The notes: generated by a model from the letters alone, not told the origin. A stretch of DNA of 64,000 bases from Octopus vulgaris (GCA_951406725.2 OX597824.1:42408001-42472000); one strand, 5' to 3'; positions 26,670 through 40,928 are shown, counted from the stretch's first letter. Numbers and translations are program-made.

Positions 26670-27313
26670 TACAATTTATTTGTTTCAGTCATTAGACTGT
26701 AGTCATGCTCGGGCACCGCCTGCAAGAGCCTGTTACTTGTTCTGTCGGTTACTTTTTCCGAACCTCTAAATTATGGGAATGTAAAGAAACCACCATTGGT
26801 TGTCAAGCGATGGTGGGGAACAAACACAGACATAAACACACACACACACACGTACGATATGTTTCTTTCAGTTTCTGTCTACCAAATCCACTCACAAAGC
26901 TTTGACCGACTAGGAGATATAGTTGAAGACACTTCGCCAAGGTGCCACGCAGTGAGACTGAACTCTGAACCATGTGGTTGCGAAGCAAACGTCTTGCCAG
27001 ATAGCCACGCCTGCACCTTTATGTGTGTGTGTGTGTGTATGTGTATGTGTGTGTGTGTGTGTGTGTTTGTGTGTTTGTGTGTATACGTATTCTTTTATTC
27101 TTTTACTTGTTTCAGTCATTTGACTGCGGCCATGCTGGAGTACCACCTGTAGTCAAACAAATCAACTCCAAGACTTATTCTTTGTAAGCCTAGTACTTAT
27201 TCTATCAGTCTTTTGCTGAACCGCTAGTGTTACGAGGATGTAAACACACCAGCATCGGTTGTCAAGCGATGGTGGGGGGGGACAAACCCAGACACACAAA
27301 TACACACACTCAC

Positions 27314-27408
<95 letters not shown>

Positions 27409-27560
27409 CGACAGGATTCTTTTATTTTCCGTCAGCCAAATCCACTCGCAGAGCTTTAGTTGGCCCGAGGCTATAGCAGAAGACACTTGTCCAAGGTTCT
27501 ACGCAGCGGAACCATGTATATGGGAAGCAAGTTTCTTACTACACACTCACTCCTGCGCCT
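26670..27560 (-). mobile_element. Two tandem SINE family A copies (about 26670-27020 and 27090-27560)
   Basis: Reverse complements of 2407-2832. Confidence 0.9.
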
Positions 27561-28053
27561 ACCTGTCTCCTCGTGTTTATATGTATGTATGCATGTAGGT
27601 ATGTGTGTATCTATATGCACACACACCCACGCGCGCACACATATACATATATGTATATATATCGGACAGAGGGAAAAGTTCGCCCTGGCGCCAAAGCTAG
27701 GGAGAACACTAGGTACTTTTCAGCTTTCTTGGGCCTTGCCAATGATATATATTCGCAGTCATATGCTTAGTTGAGATCATTCATTTAACATATAAGAAGC
27801 AGTGAATGATACATTCACTAATAATACGAATAACCGTTGGGCTGAATAAAAATCTGGTGTATGCAATTGAAGTAGTTTTAATTAGTAGTATTAAAACAGC
27901 CATCTATGCATTGTACTTAACATATATACACTATACACTGTCAACTGGCAAGATAAGAGATAGGTAATCAGACAGACACACATACTGAGGCAGAGAGACA
28001 GACGGACACACCGACAGACAAACAGACATATATTGAGAGATAGCTATACAAAC

Positions 28054-28123
<70 letters not shown>

Positions 28124-28189
28124 GTAATCAGACAGACACACATACTGAGGCAGACAGACAGACGGACACACCGATAGACAAACAGACAA

Positions 28190-28290
<101 letters not shown>

Positions 28291-28305
28291 AAGATAGATA
28301 AATAA

Positions 28306-28341
<36 letters not shown>

Positions 28342-28416
28342 TGAAGAAGGAGAGAGGGTGAAGAAGGAGAGAGGGAGAGAGAGATAAAGAGAGAGAGAGG
28401 TGGTGAGTTTGTTCAG

Positions 28417-28590
28417 CGGTTAGACATGCTTTTGCACCAACCAGTCGGGGTTATTCTATGCGCTTTGTCCAGGAAAGAAATGGAATTGGAAACCCATGCT
28501 GCCAACACTGCATCCAATACAGTATTAGCATCAGCTGCAGCAACAGCGAGGGAAACTGGCTGCAAATCACAACAGCAACAAACGCAAAGT
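28417..28590. other. Non-repetitive, higher-GC island; possible exon, strand unresolved
   Basis: Two plus frames and one minus frame are open; acceptor-like sequences on both strands; no recognisable protein. Confidence 0.2.
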
Positions 28591-28837
28591 AAATTGGTAT
28601 CACTTGAGAAGAGGTTTATCCAGAGAATTAGAAACTTTGATCCTGATTATATATTATTCATCAGCTCTGTTTCTCTACAGGCTTTCTATAGGTCTTTTTA
28701 CTTCCATTTTTTCTTCGTTGCGTAATCTTTATTGAAAGGATATACTTTTTGAGAGCATAGCTACTTTCATTCATTTCAGAGCACTCTAGTTCTTTTCTAC
28801 ATTTATACTAAAACTGCTTTAGCTTAACACTCTATCA

Positions 28838-29098
28838 CAGGGTTTCCCAACCATTTTTTTTTTTATCTATAGCCCCCTTTGATTTCTATCTTATTCGGAT
28901 GGGCCCTCACAGCCATTCATTATTTAAAAAATCCTACAATAAGTTTTTAATTAAATATTATTAGGAATTGTATTAAAAATTTTGTTCAAAATTTTTGTGT
29001 ACTGTAAAAGTATTACCAATTTATCTTACATAAATTGTAAGAAAAATATCTTACATGAACCACCCAAGGGCCATATGGACTCCGGTTGAGCACCACTG
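28838..29098. mobile_element. hAT (Charlie-type) MITE
   Basis: TIRs cagggtttcccaacc / ggttgagcaccactg; 8-bp TSD ctctatca / ctctttca. Confidence 0.8.
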
Positions 29099-31169
29099 CT
29101 CTTTCACCTATATTACGACCAAGTTTATAGCTAATGCGTATATTTGTGCACATAACACCGACCGGCAAAAGATCTTATAATTACTGAATTCAAATTAATA
29201 TTATCAATGGAATTACCAATGAGAAGTATTATTATGTGCTTCTTCTTGACTTTATTTTACATTGCTCTTACCGCTTTTATTAGTCTATTGCAAACACTAT
29301 CTATTAGTAAAAAAAACTAACATCTGTTAAATCCCTATTGCACCTATATGATAGTTTGGGTTTTTTTTTAAATATGGAAATGGAACTAGATATTAAGAAA
29401 ACATATCATATATGGTATTCTACCCTCCTCACCACCAAGCCATACAATTTTTTAAGCTTGTCTCAAGTCTTATTTAATCTTAGGGGTCCACTGCATTTTC
29501 TTTTTGATATTCACTGTAAAAAAAAATATAAACGCCATCCGCGCAGTTTCCAAAACCTAAAATTCTGTCATTAGGAATTAATACTACATAGCACTCAGAT
29601 CCAAAAGTTTCTCCAGAAGCAGTTGCTTAGTGCCTTTGTCATTACCTGCAACCTGATCAATAACTTGCACTCTACAGCTATCAAACCCTGAGCTATGTTC
29701 TTTAAAATATTTATAAATGCATTGATTCATACCCATTTTAAAAACTGTTCAGTGTACAGCTCTTCCAAACCTAAAAGCTGGATCAAAGCTAGTGGCTATG
29801 TTGCTTAAACGAGTGCATAGGATACAGTTTTTTCAATAAAAACAAAAACTACTTATAATGTACACTATTTAATTGACTAGTCGTTACAAATATTTTATCT
29901 TATAAAACAGATTATGTACACGTATCAGAGGTTTGTTATATCTTAAACAACTTTAAATCATCTAACGTTAAAATACTAAACGATATGGACGTAAAATGCG
30001 TTAAAATCGTTTAGTAAATTATAAATCGTATCACTTACATAACAGAGGCCTGTCAACAGGAAACTAAGTCCACACATTATCAAGGTATGGTATCATATAT
30101 GCCACAAAGCCTCCCAGAACTAGAAACACTAGATAAAGTATTATCCTAGCCCACTTAGACCATCTCTCTTTCTCTTTCTCTCTCTCTCTTCCTCACCTTT
30201 TCTTCACCCCATCTCTCTCTAAATATATATATATATATTTTATATTTATATTTATTTATATTTATATATACAGTCAATTCAAAGAACAAATATTTAAAAA
30301 ATGAGATAAAAAAAAGTAAAAACGAACATGAGTACATGAGTACGTGCACATGAAATATATTAATTTGACGCTCGGTGAAAGGAGAGAGTTGTTAACACTT
30401 CGAGCATAGTTCTTCGTCGGAAAGAGAAAAGTCCAAAGAGAAAGAAGGAAAAATAAGGAAAAGTCGCCAACAATCCACGTGCGACATATATACCTATATA
30501 CATACATACATATACATACATACATACATATACATACATACATACATTTATACATACATACATTTATACATACATGCATACATACATACATATATGTTAT
30601 GTATCTATGTATATATGTATGTAGGTGTGAGAGAATGGGCAAACGTAAGAAAGTGGCATTCAATACATTTGGTAGGTGTTGTATGTATTTCCAATAGCAG
30701 TCTGATTCAGTTTCATATGTTTTGTGGGTGTGTAGGACCTTTGGTCATGTGGATCTGAGTCAAACTGTTATTACATGTGTGTATCTGTATGTGTATACAC
30801 GCGCGCGCGTGCGTCTGGATTTGTGTGTATGTGTGTGTGTGTGCGCGCGTGAGGAAAATCATAGAAAATGAAAATGTATTATCAGCTGTTTATTCGTTTA
30901 TTTAGCTCACAGACATTTCGAATAGTCTAGCACAATGCAACAGCTACACATTACGGTTTGCATATCTAATCGATCCTTCACTTGATCGATTAACTAGTCA
31001 GAAATACAGAGCTGCTGACTACCAAGCTACTCTATTCAAATTTGATATATCATTTGATTAAGATTGTCTATTAGTCACAAGTGATACTGATAAGTTAAAA
31101 AAATCTATTATAGGTTATATCTTCGATGTCGCTTCATAGTAAAGTCAGCGTTTGCTTAAAGCGTTACAG

Positions 31170-31945
31170 AGGCACAGGCGTGGCTGTGTGGCAAGAATCT
31201 TACTTCCCAAGCACATGGTTCTGAGTTCAGTCCTACTGCATAGCATCTTGGACGCGTGTTTTCTGCATGAGCCTCGGGCCAACCAAAGACTTGTGTATGG
31301 ATTTAGTAGACGGAAACTGAAAGAATCCCGTCGTATATACGTATACATATATATATATATTTATGAGCGTGTGTCTTTGTGACTGTTTTTGTATGCGTCA
31401 CACCAGGGCTTGACAATCGGCATTGATGTGTTTACGTACCCCTAACTTGCCGTAATTTAGCGGTTCAACAAGATAGACCGATAGAATAAGCACCAATTTT
31501 AAAAAATAAATAAATAGGCGCAGGAGTGTCTTCTACTATAGCCGCGGGCCGACCAAGGCCTTGTGAATGGGTTTGGTAGACGGAAATTGAAAGAAGCCCG
31601 TCGTATATACGTATATATATGTGTGTGTGTGTGTATATATATATATGTATATATATGTTTGTGTGTCTGTGTTTGTTCCCTCAACATTGCTTGACAACCG
31701 ATGCTGGTGTGTTTACGTCCCCTGTAATTTAACGGTAAAAAGAGACCGACAGAATAAGTACCAGGCTTACAAAGAATAAGTCCAGGGGTCGATTTCCTCG
31801 ACTAAAGGCGGTGCCCCAACATGGCTGCAGTCAAATAACTGAAACAAGTAAAAGTGTAAAAGAGTGGGGAGTCAATTCATTCGATTAAAATATTCTTCAA
31901 GGCCGTGCCCCGGCAGGGCTGAAACTAGTAAAACGATAAAGATAC
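31170..31945 (+). mobile_element. SINE family A with a second copy (about 31517-31863) nested in its A-rich linker
   Basis: First copy breaks near 31500 and its tail resumes near 31865. Confidence 0.8.
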
Positions 31946-32144
31946 ATAAAAGCATGCAGAATAGTATAATAGATGAGTAAGAACAAATGCCAGTGAACCT
32001 CGGTGAGGACAAGGTTTGATTGCCTGCAGAAGTATTTGCAGTTATATATGACTATATCACTTATGTTGTTGTTGGCATCCTTTTTGTCTCGGGAGACAAT
32101 GGAGTTGCGCAAAAAATAATCTAGTCCGGCTTTTACATTTCATG

Positions 32145-32488
32145 TCCTAATACATCTCCTGTTGTGGCTGTGTAGTCCTATCCTGGACAAACACTCCCTC
32201 TGGCAGGTGCCGCAAATGTAGCGAAGACTTTGCCTGGCTGGTTGTAATGTCATAGTTTCTTGTTGACGTCTTTTCTTGTCTTTCCATTTCTCCTCTCTCT
32301 CTCTCCCTCTGTCACTCCTTTGTGTTCCCTCTTTTACGGTACGTCGCCAAATCCACGGTTGCTGGCAACTGCTTCCCAGTTGCTAATATTGATGTTGCAA
32401 GCTTTCATGTACTTTTTGCAAACATCCTTGTATCGTAAGAACGGTCTTCCCACAGACCTAGTGCCCCTAGCAAGCTCTCCGTAGAGTA
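32145..32488 (-). mobile_element. RTE (BovB-like) LINE C-terminal fragment
   Basis: ILYGELARGTRSVGRPFLRYKDVCK...WEAVASNR and terminal YICGTCQRECLSRIGLHSHNRRC. Confidence 0.9.
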
Positions 32489-33091
32489 TGTTATTTTTCT
32501 GCTTAATGTTGTGTAAAAAGCTCTGTCCGAAAGTTATCACAATAAGCAGCTACTCCGGATGAATGAGAAATATAACTTTAGCTCTTCCATTAAAATCTTA
32601 ACGATAATGTTATTGGGAAAGGCATATAATATTGAATGCAGCGGTATTTACAAAATGTTCGGGACATTACAATACCACATAGACATTTCGTAGGCTTTAT
32701 GTGTTTAAGAACTAAATGCAAAGTATACTTTGTGAAAATTGTCAGCACCATTAGGGATACTAATACCTAAAGAATGTAGTCAGTAAAACGTCTTAAAATC
32801 CAATATGTGTTATATGCTTCTAAGGAGTAAAGTTGAGTGCATCCTGCATTGTTTTGTATATGGTTTACTCCTGCAGTTAATGTACCAGTCCGTGTGGACC
32901 TGTTACCACAGGAATTATCAAGATAATTTCATAGGGCAGCATTTTGGACGGTTCGGCCAATAGATTGTTAATGTTTACATCAATTCTGTTATTTCTTCCA
33001 CATTTCTCAGCGAATGTGTCGGCTGCACCAGAAATTGGTTTGCTTCAAATTTTCGCCGTAGTTCTGGCGATCTGAACCTATTGTCTTTGTG

Positions 33092-33179
<88 letters not shown>

Positions 33180-33253
33180 CGGCGGCGGTGGTGTTGTTGT
33201 TGGTGGTGGTGGTAGTGGTGGTGGTGGTGGTGGTGGTGGTGGTGGTGGTGGTG

Positions 33254-33317
<64 letters not shown>

Positions 33318-33967
33318 CAGCTACTGATCAGAAATGAAGCCGAATAGCTAGCTGCTTCTTCAGTGTGTTTCTGATTACCTGATTCAGCCGTCTTTTCTCG
33401 CTAGGATGCGCAAACAACATACGTTGTCTGTTAGCATCAAAATCATCGCAAGTCGTCATGCAATATTTACCACCGGGACACGATGAGGAGTGGGACAGAG
33501 TGTAGAAATTGACAAGCAGTAAACTCCAACATTAAGAGGTGCTGGAGATGGTGGAAAAGAAAAAAGAAGAAGAAAAAATGTAAAGTCCTGAACGAATTGA
33601 ACTCCTGGCATTTTCGTCGAACAGGACGTGACGACATCCATCATAGTGTGACAGAATTACTGTTAACGAAATACACAGCCATATAAATGGTTTGACACGC
33701 CTTATTCTAATATATCACTGGCGTGATTAATGGAGGCAATTGTTTGACCTTTTGTGCTCTGGGAACTTTTTGTCAATGAAAGATTAGCCTTATGGGCTAC
33801 ATCATGGAAGAAACGTGAGTTGTGACATTTATGCCTTTCCCAATAACATTATCGTTAAGATTTTAATGGAAGAGCTAAATTCATATTTCTCATTCATCCG
33901 GAGCAGCTGCTTATTGTGATAACTTTCGGACAGAGCTTTTTACACAATATTAAGCAGAAAAATAACA
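32489..33967. mobile_element. Non-autonomous DNA element with 138-bp TIRs, inserted in the RTE fragment
   Basis: 32489-32626 is the reverse complement of 33830-33967 with few mismatches; TG...CA ends. Confidence 0.85.
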
Positions 33968-34183
33968 ATATCCTGATCGTGTTTGGCATACAGCCATTTT
34001 GAAAACTTTATCTGTGTAATAATAATATCAAATGTGATTATATTAGGCGGCTTCCTCCTTGAGCCCTCGAATCCTGTTGGAGTCATAGGGTTCCATCGTC
34101 GAATATCTTAGATTGGTCACAACTCATCTCACTCTCTCGCTCTCTCTCTCAGTCACTCTATCTCAGAACAGTCAATTTTCATT

Positions 34184-34235
<52 letters not shown>

Positions 34236-34534
34236 ACGAAAGGGAGAGAGAGATATTAAAAATGATAATTCTTTCTATTAAAGGCACAAGGACTGATATT
34301 TTGTGTGAGAGGGCTAATCGATTACATCGATAAATAATATTAGTGGCTAATTCGCAATTATAAAACCTAAAGATAGATACAGACACGTCACTAAAGTGAC
34401 TGTGGCTATTGGGGTGTTTCTAGCAATACTGGTGCTGGTCACTTTAGTGACGAATATATATATATACATACATGTTATATTATAGATAGGTATATATAAA
34501 TATATATATACAAACATATATGTATGCGTGTGTA

Positions 34535-34814
34535 TTCTTTTATTCTTTTATTTCTTTCAATCGTTTGACTGCGGCCATGCTGGATCACGACCTTAAAGAA
34601 TTTTTAGTCGGACAAATCGACACCAGGACGTTTTCTTTGTAAACCTAATACTTATTTTATGAGTCTCTTTTGCCGAACCCATAAGTTACGGGGACCTAAA
34701 CACACCAACACCGGTTGTCAAGCAGTGATGGGGGAGCGGGGACAAATACAGACACAAAGACATACACACACACACATGTATATATATATATAAATAGATA
34801 GATAGATAGATAGG

Positions 34815-34880
<66 letters not shown>

Positions 34881-35065
34881 TAGATATAGATATAGATATA
34901 GATATATACATATATATATGACGGGCTTCTTTCAGTTTCCGTCTACCAAATCTAATCACAATGCTTTGGTCGGCCCGAGCCTATATCAGAAGACACTTGC
35001 CCTCGGTACCACGCAGTGGGACTGAACCTGGAACCATGTGTTTGGGAAGCAAGCTTCTCACTATA
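34535..35065 (-). mobile_element. SINE family A, near full length
   Basis: Reverse complement of 2407-2832 with an expanded (GATA)n/(TA)n core. Confidence 0.9.
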
Positions 35066-37269
35066 CATATATATGCGCATTCTACGTGTGCATGGAATGA
35101 ATGATTACGTGAATCTTGTTCACTATATTACACATGTGGATGGAGAATGCAGTAGCAACATTTTGGTTTGGCGATCTGTTTGTACCTGATTATCGGCAAA
35201 ACTTGCTTGTACATTCCTTTCTGTCCACACGTAATTGTAATTGAATCAATTAAGGTTATCTAAAAAAATTGAATTTTCTTCTGCCAGAGATTTCTTTTTC
35301 TTGAATACGAAGAATTTGCTAGTGAGTGGAGTCAACTGTTTTAAATAATCGAATAGTTCATTGTTGGAATTCTGTTATCGATTGTAATGAATTACAAAAT
35401 GTCATCATTTTCAAGCAATTATTTACATCATTACAGCTGGATAAATAAAAGCAGAAGTCAACTTCGGCAGTATTCGAACTCGGAGACAAAAAAACATGAT
35501 GTAATTGAAATACTGCAAGACACTCGACTGTTGTTTGGAGCTCCACAGTTTCTGGCACTTCACCGCCTTTCAGGAAGAGTATAATAACGTGAAGATTAAG
35601 ATGAAGAGATAACATACAGAAGCTAGAGAGAGAGGAGGAAGAGAGAGAAACAGAAAAGGGAAAGTGTTAACGAGAAAATAAGAAAGAAACAAACATCGAA
35701 AGGAACAAAGAGAAAAGGAACAAAAATGAAAGGGACAGAATAAGATAGAAAGAGAATGGAGAAAGTGTAAAAGGGAATATAAGAAAGAAAACGAAAGGGA
35801 GAGAGAGAGAGAGAATAAAATCACAGAGAGTGAGAAGGGGTGCGTAATTCCACGATGCAGGATAAGGATATGAAATAAGATAAAAATTATAGATTGGAAG
35901 GGGTGATGTAGGGGCGGTTGTTAAGATGAAGTGAAACAGGCGTTGAAAGAAGAGTAAGGGGAGGGAGTTGATAATAACATTTTAGGAGAGCTGAGTAAGG
36001 GGCTTGTTCGCTTGTACGCTTGATTACGGCAACATCTGTCACTAGGCAGTCTGCAGATTTTCATGCTGTGCCATCCCTTTTTTTTTCTGTGTTTCTTCGT
36101 TTGTTTGTTTGTTTGTTTGTCTTTTTTGCTTTTTTTAAATTTTTTATATTCAATAGTATATTTCGAGAATGCGTTTATAAAACGAAATGCAGATACAGAT
36201 ACACATATAAACATACTTGCAGACACACAAACACAAACAAGCACACACACACACACACATACACGTACACACACACGTACACGCATAAATAAGACACACA
36301 CTCACACACACATACACACATACACCTATATACAAATATATACATACATTCACAGACATATACATATACATATATATATATATGTATATATACACACATA
36401 CACACATACACACACACAATATAGACATATACATATATATATACAAACACATTATATATACATATATATATACAAAGACATATACGTATATATACACACA
36501 CACACACACACACATATACATACACAGAGACATACATGCGCGCGCGAGCGCACGAATATTTAAAGTAAAAAAAATAAGCAAAATGATTCCTTCGTCGTTT
36601 TCGGCGATGACAATTCCAGTTAATCGATCCACAGAATTATCTGTTAATGCAATTATAGTGTTAAGTGACAGACTATTCTACGACAATCCCTAGCATTAAA
36701 ATGACCTCCAGGCAGAATTAAGGCGAAACACTGTATGACAAGGCTGGCCCTTTCAAATACAGGTGCAACCTCGTTTCCGTTAACCTCGTTTCCTTCTGAA
36801 GGTATGGGTCGATCCGAAGCTATGGCTGATCACATTTTCCCAAGATGCTTCATACTGAGATGGAAATTTCGACCTCATGGTTTTGGAGAGAACTTTTTAA
36901 CCATGAGGTCATGCCTACACCAAGCGTAGGTATATATGCGCCCAGATATATACATTCATACGTTAAGTATGCATACATATACATGAAGAAGAAGAACAAG
37001 AAGAAGAAGAAGAAGAAGACGAAGAAGAAGAAGAAGAAGAAGAAGAAGAAGAAGAAGAAGAAGACGAAGAAGAAGAAGAAGAAGAAGAAGAAGAAGAAGA
37101 AGAAGAAGAAGAAGAAGAAGAAGAAGAAGAAGAAGAAGAAGAAGAAGAAGAAGAAGAAGAAGAAGAAGAAGAAACAAAAGAATGAGACCTCGATATAAAT
37201 AGAGGACAACTTTTTATTGTTTCTTCTAAATTATAACATACAACCCCCCCCCCCACACACACACACACA

Positions 37270-37972
37270 CAGAGGCTGCGATCGGAAAATTGTCGCCATT
37301 CTGTATCCAATACGAACATTTCAGAGTGTTTGGGTGTTAATCTGAGGACAGTGCACGTACCGAGAGTAATACAAATCAAACATCCAGTCAACAACATTTG
37401 GAGTGATCACTAACGATGCTGACGTTATGCCTCCATTCATCTTCCCACACAGTTTCAGACTCAACACAGAGGCCTACATAAAGTGCCTGGAGGAGGTAGT
37501 GCGCCCCTGGATCAAGGGGGAGTTTGCTGGTAGACCTATGTCTGGTAATAGGACTCTGCACCATGCCACATATGCAGGAGAATCCATTCATGGCCGTCAG
37601 ACAACTTCTGCAACCATATCACTCGTAACATCTGGCCACTTAACTCCCTAGATTGCAAACCACTTGATTATAATGTTTGGGGTGCAGTTGGGCAAGAGAC
37701 CAATAAAACTGCTTGTGACACCAAAGATGACTGAAAGCAAGGATTATGGCAGCATTTAGCAACTAAATCAAGGACACTGTCCAGAAGAGTTACAGGGGCT
37801 CCGATGTCGTCCGGAGGCCGTGGTTGAGGCTAATGGCGATTTTATTAAATAAATTTACTCTTTAGTATTTCAAGATATTTTTATGTAATTTTGGTAAATA
37901 AATCTCTTAAAATGTGATGTCAGTGTTTACAATTTTGCGTAATTAACACGTCAGTTTATTCACCGCACCCTG

Positions 37973-37974
<2 letters not shown>
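37270..37974 (+). mobile_element. Tc1/mariner (maT/DD37D-like) internally deleted transposon
   Basis: VMPPFIFPHSFRLNTEAYIKCLEEVVRPWI, DSAPCH, IWPLNSLDCKPLDYNVWG; right TIR caccgcaccctg followed by TA. Confidence 0.85.
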
Positions 37975-38017
<43 letters not shown>

Positions 38018-38048
38018 GTGTGTGTGTGTGTGTGTGCGTGTGTGTATA

Positions 38049-40530
38049 GGCGTAGGCCTGGCTGTGTGGATAGGTGCAGGCGTTGCTGTGTGTTAAGAAG
38101 CTTGCTTCCCACTGCGCATGCGTTTCGTTGTCAGTGTTGTTCGTACCATTGAATAGAAGTCGTCGCTAGTTTGCAGCGGACGAAAATTGATTGTAAAAGA
38201 AGCTCAACTCTAAGATAAGACTTTTGTTTTTTGGGTCCATTGGGGGTTTGTTGTTTGCCGTAATTATTTTTATTACAAACAAGAAGTCCTCACTGGATTC
38301 TGGACTCTGGTCTGCCTGCAGCTGAGTGAATACTTTTTTCTCACTTAATTATGAGAATTATTGTTTGGAGGCGTATCTCGCTTCCAAAACTTGTTCACTT
38401 TTAGTGAATAGTGTTTTTCTCACTTAATTGTGAGAATTGTTGGGGCGTATTACGCTTCCAAAGTTTGTTCACTTTTAGTGAATAGTGTTTTTTTGTGAGA
38501 ATTCAACGAAGATACAACTTTTACCAATTTTTGTGAAAGCTGTGTTCCAAGTTGTGGCGTTCCAGGTTCAAATTGGAGCACCAAATAGACTTGGAGTACC
38601 GAGAGGACAGAAGATTTTTTTGTTGTGTTTTTTTTTGAAGCGTTGTTCTCTTTTCTTATATCTTTTAGTTGTGACTTTCTTTTTATTGAAATGTTTTCTT
38701 TTTTCTTCCTTCCTTCCTTTATGTTGAGACTTTCTTTTGATTTCTTTCTTTTTCTTCCTTCTTTTTTTTGAATTTTTATCTGAAGTGTTTGTGGACTTTT
38801 AATTTTTTTTAAAATGGCAAAGAACAAGAACAATGTTGTGGAGTGGGAAATTGTACCACCCAAACAGTGGTTGAAAGACTTCGAAGAGAGGACAGTGGTG
38901 TTGAGGGCCATTCTCCAAGTTGCTCGACACCATCGCCCTATTTAAAAAGACTCCATTGGAAAAAGAGTTGGCAGAGTATCTGCCAACTATTAAATTCATC
39001 TCAAGGGGTTGTCAAGTATGCAACGTTGTAGTTGCTATTTGACAAAAGCGGTTTTGACCCTGTGGACCCAATCACCCAAAAATCTGGTATTTCCAGATTT
39101 TTTTAAAATGGCCGGGTGCAAGTACCCGGTGATCCTTGAGGGTCTCCCCTCCCTCCGCCAGGTGTCATCAGTGCCTGGAGCCCTGCCATATAAAGAAAAA
39201 CTGTCTCCAGGAACAAAGTAAGGTCCTGGAGCAGTTGGTTGAGACCTCTGAAGAAGAGAGAATGAAGGCGGCCGAGGAGGCGGAAGACTCCTCAAACAGG
39301 GCCGCAAGAGGAAGAAGATGAGCAACAATGGGTGCTCATCGAAGGATCCTAGGGATGAGGGAGGGGAGGTGAATCTTCCGGTCACGTAGGAGACGCACCC
39401 TACCTTAGGTGAGAAGGAAAAAAGAGGAAGAGGAAGAGAAACAGGACATTGCCGGCAGTTGGTGACATAGTACCGGAATGTCCTGGAACGTGGTCGGCGG
39501 GGGTTGTGCCACCGGCTGGGAAAGAAACACCGTCGGTGGGAATTGTGCTGCCGACAGTAGAAGTGACTACCTCGTCCCCGGAGGAAGACGAATTATTGGT
39601 TCTTCTTCTACAGAGGCGGAGTAGTGGAGAAGGTGTTGGAAAAGCACCATAAGGGAGTACCTTTAGCCTGCACACGGGATCCCGAATAGCCTCCGCAGAT
39701 AGCTGTGGAAGTCATAACGTTGCCTGTGTTGCGTAGGCTGCAGGGACTCAGTGAGGAATATCCCTTGTGACCGGGCGACGCCGACACATCACCCGCCTTG
39801 TGCTTGAATGAAGCGTGGGTGATGGCGGAGGAAGGGGTCACAAGCGATGTTGGGGAGGAATATGGATAAGAGGTTGAAAAGCTTCAGTGTTATTGAAAGT
39901 TCCTATTTGGGAAAAAAGGTAAGAGGCTTAGTGCCTTATTTTGTTATTGAATATTGTGAACAGTGTAAGAGGTTTGTCGCTTGATGAACAATATATAAGA
40001 GATCAATGTTCCCGGGAAACAACGATTAATCATCGTTTTCATTTTTCATTTCATATAACATTATGTCTGTGTCCAGCCCGCAGCTTCCTATCTCTATGTA
40101 AGGCCTTTATAGCCAATATAATGAAAAAAAGAAGCTTGCCTCCCAACCACATGGTTCCGAGTTCAGTCTCACTAAATGGCAAATTTAAGCAAGTGTCTTC
40201 TACTATAGCCTCGCGCCGACCAACGCTTTGTGAGTGGATTTGGCAGATAGAAACTGAAAACAGCCTGCGTATATATGTGTGTGTGTATGTGTGTGTGCGT
40301 ATGTGTATGTGTATGTGATTGTGTGTGTGAATGTGTGTGTGTGTTTTTCCCCCACTATCGTTTGACAACTGTGTTTACGTCCCCGTAACCTAGCGTTTCG
40401 ACAAAAGCTACTGGTAGAGCAAATACTAGACTTACAAAGAATAAGTACTAGGGGCAGTTTGTTTGACTAAAGGTGGTGCACCAGCATAAATGCAATCAAA
40501 TGACAAACAAAAAATGAAAGAAAAGAATAT
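38049..40530 (+). mobile_element. SINE family A split by a LINE insertion (head 38049-38111, remainder 40129-40530)
   Basis: Head stops at aagaagcttgcttccca and resumes at aagaagcttgcctcccaaccacatgg. Confidence 0.85.
38112..40128 (+). mobile_element. Internally deleted L1/Tx1-like element: tandem-repeat 5' UTR, decayed ORF1 with CCHC knuckle, APE start, 3' UTR and A tail
   Basis: About 75-bp tandem units 38326-38502; ORF1 from ATG near 38814 (MAKNKNN...); CHQCLEPCHIKKNC; NSVRGL near 39960; 17-bp TSD. Confidence 0.8.
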
Positions 40531-40576
40531 GTAGAGAGATAGAGAGACAGACAAACACGCAGACAGACAGACACGC

Positions 40577-40619
<43 letters not shown>

Positions 40620-40624
40620 TAGAC

Positions 40625-40698
<74 letters not shown>

Positions 40699-40928
40699 AG
40701 TCGGTGAGCTGACAGAAACGTTAGCACGCCGGGCGAAATGCGTAGCCGTATTTCGTCTGCCGTTACGTTGTGGGTTCAAATTCTGCCGAGGTCGACTTTG
40801 CCTTTCATCCTTTCGGGGTCGATAAATTAAGTGCCAGTTACGCACTGTGATCAACACAATCGACTTAATACCTGTGTCTGTCCTTGTTTGTCCCCTCTAT
40901 GTTTAACCCCTTGTGAGTAATAAATAAA

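Noticed and set aside
27958-28188. About 70-bp direct repeat separated by (GATA)n
   Set aside because: Local duplication of degenerate GACA/GATA sequence; nothing suggests function.
38326-38502. CRISPR-like repeat array
   Set aside because: About 75-bp tandem units without unique spacers inside a LINE 5' UTR; eukaryotic context with no cas genes.
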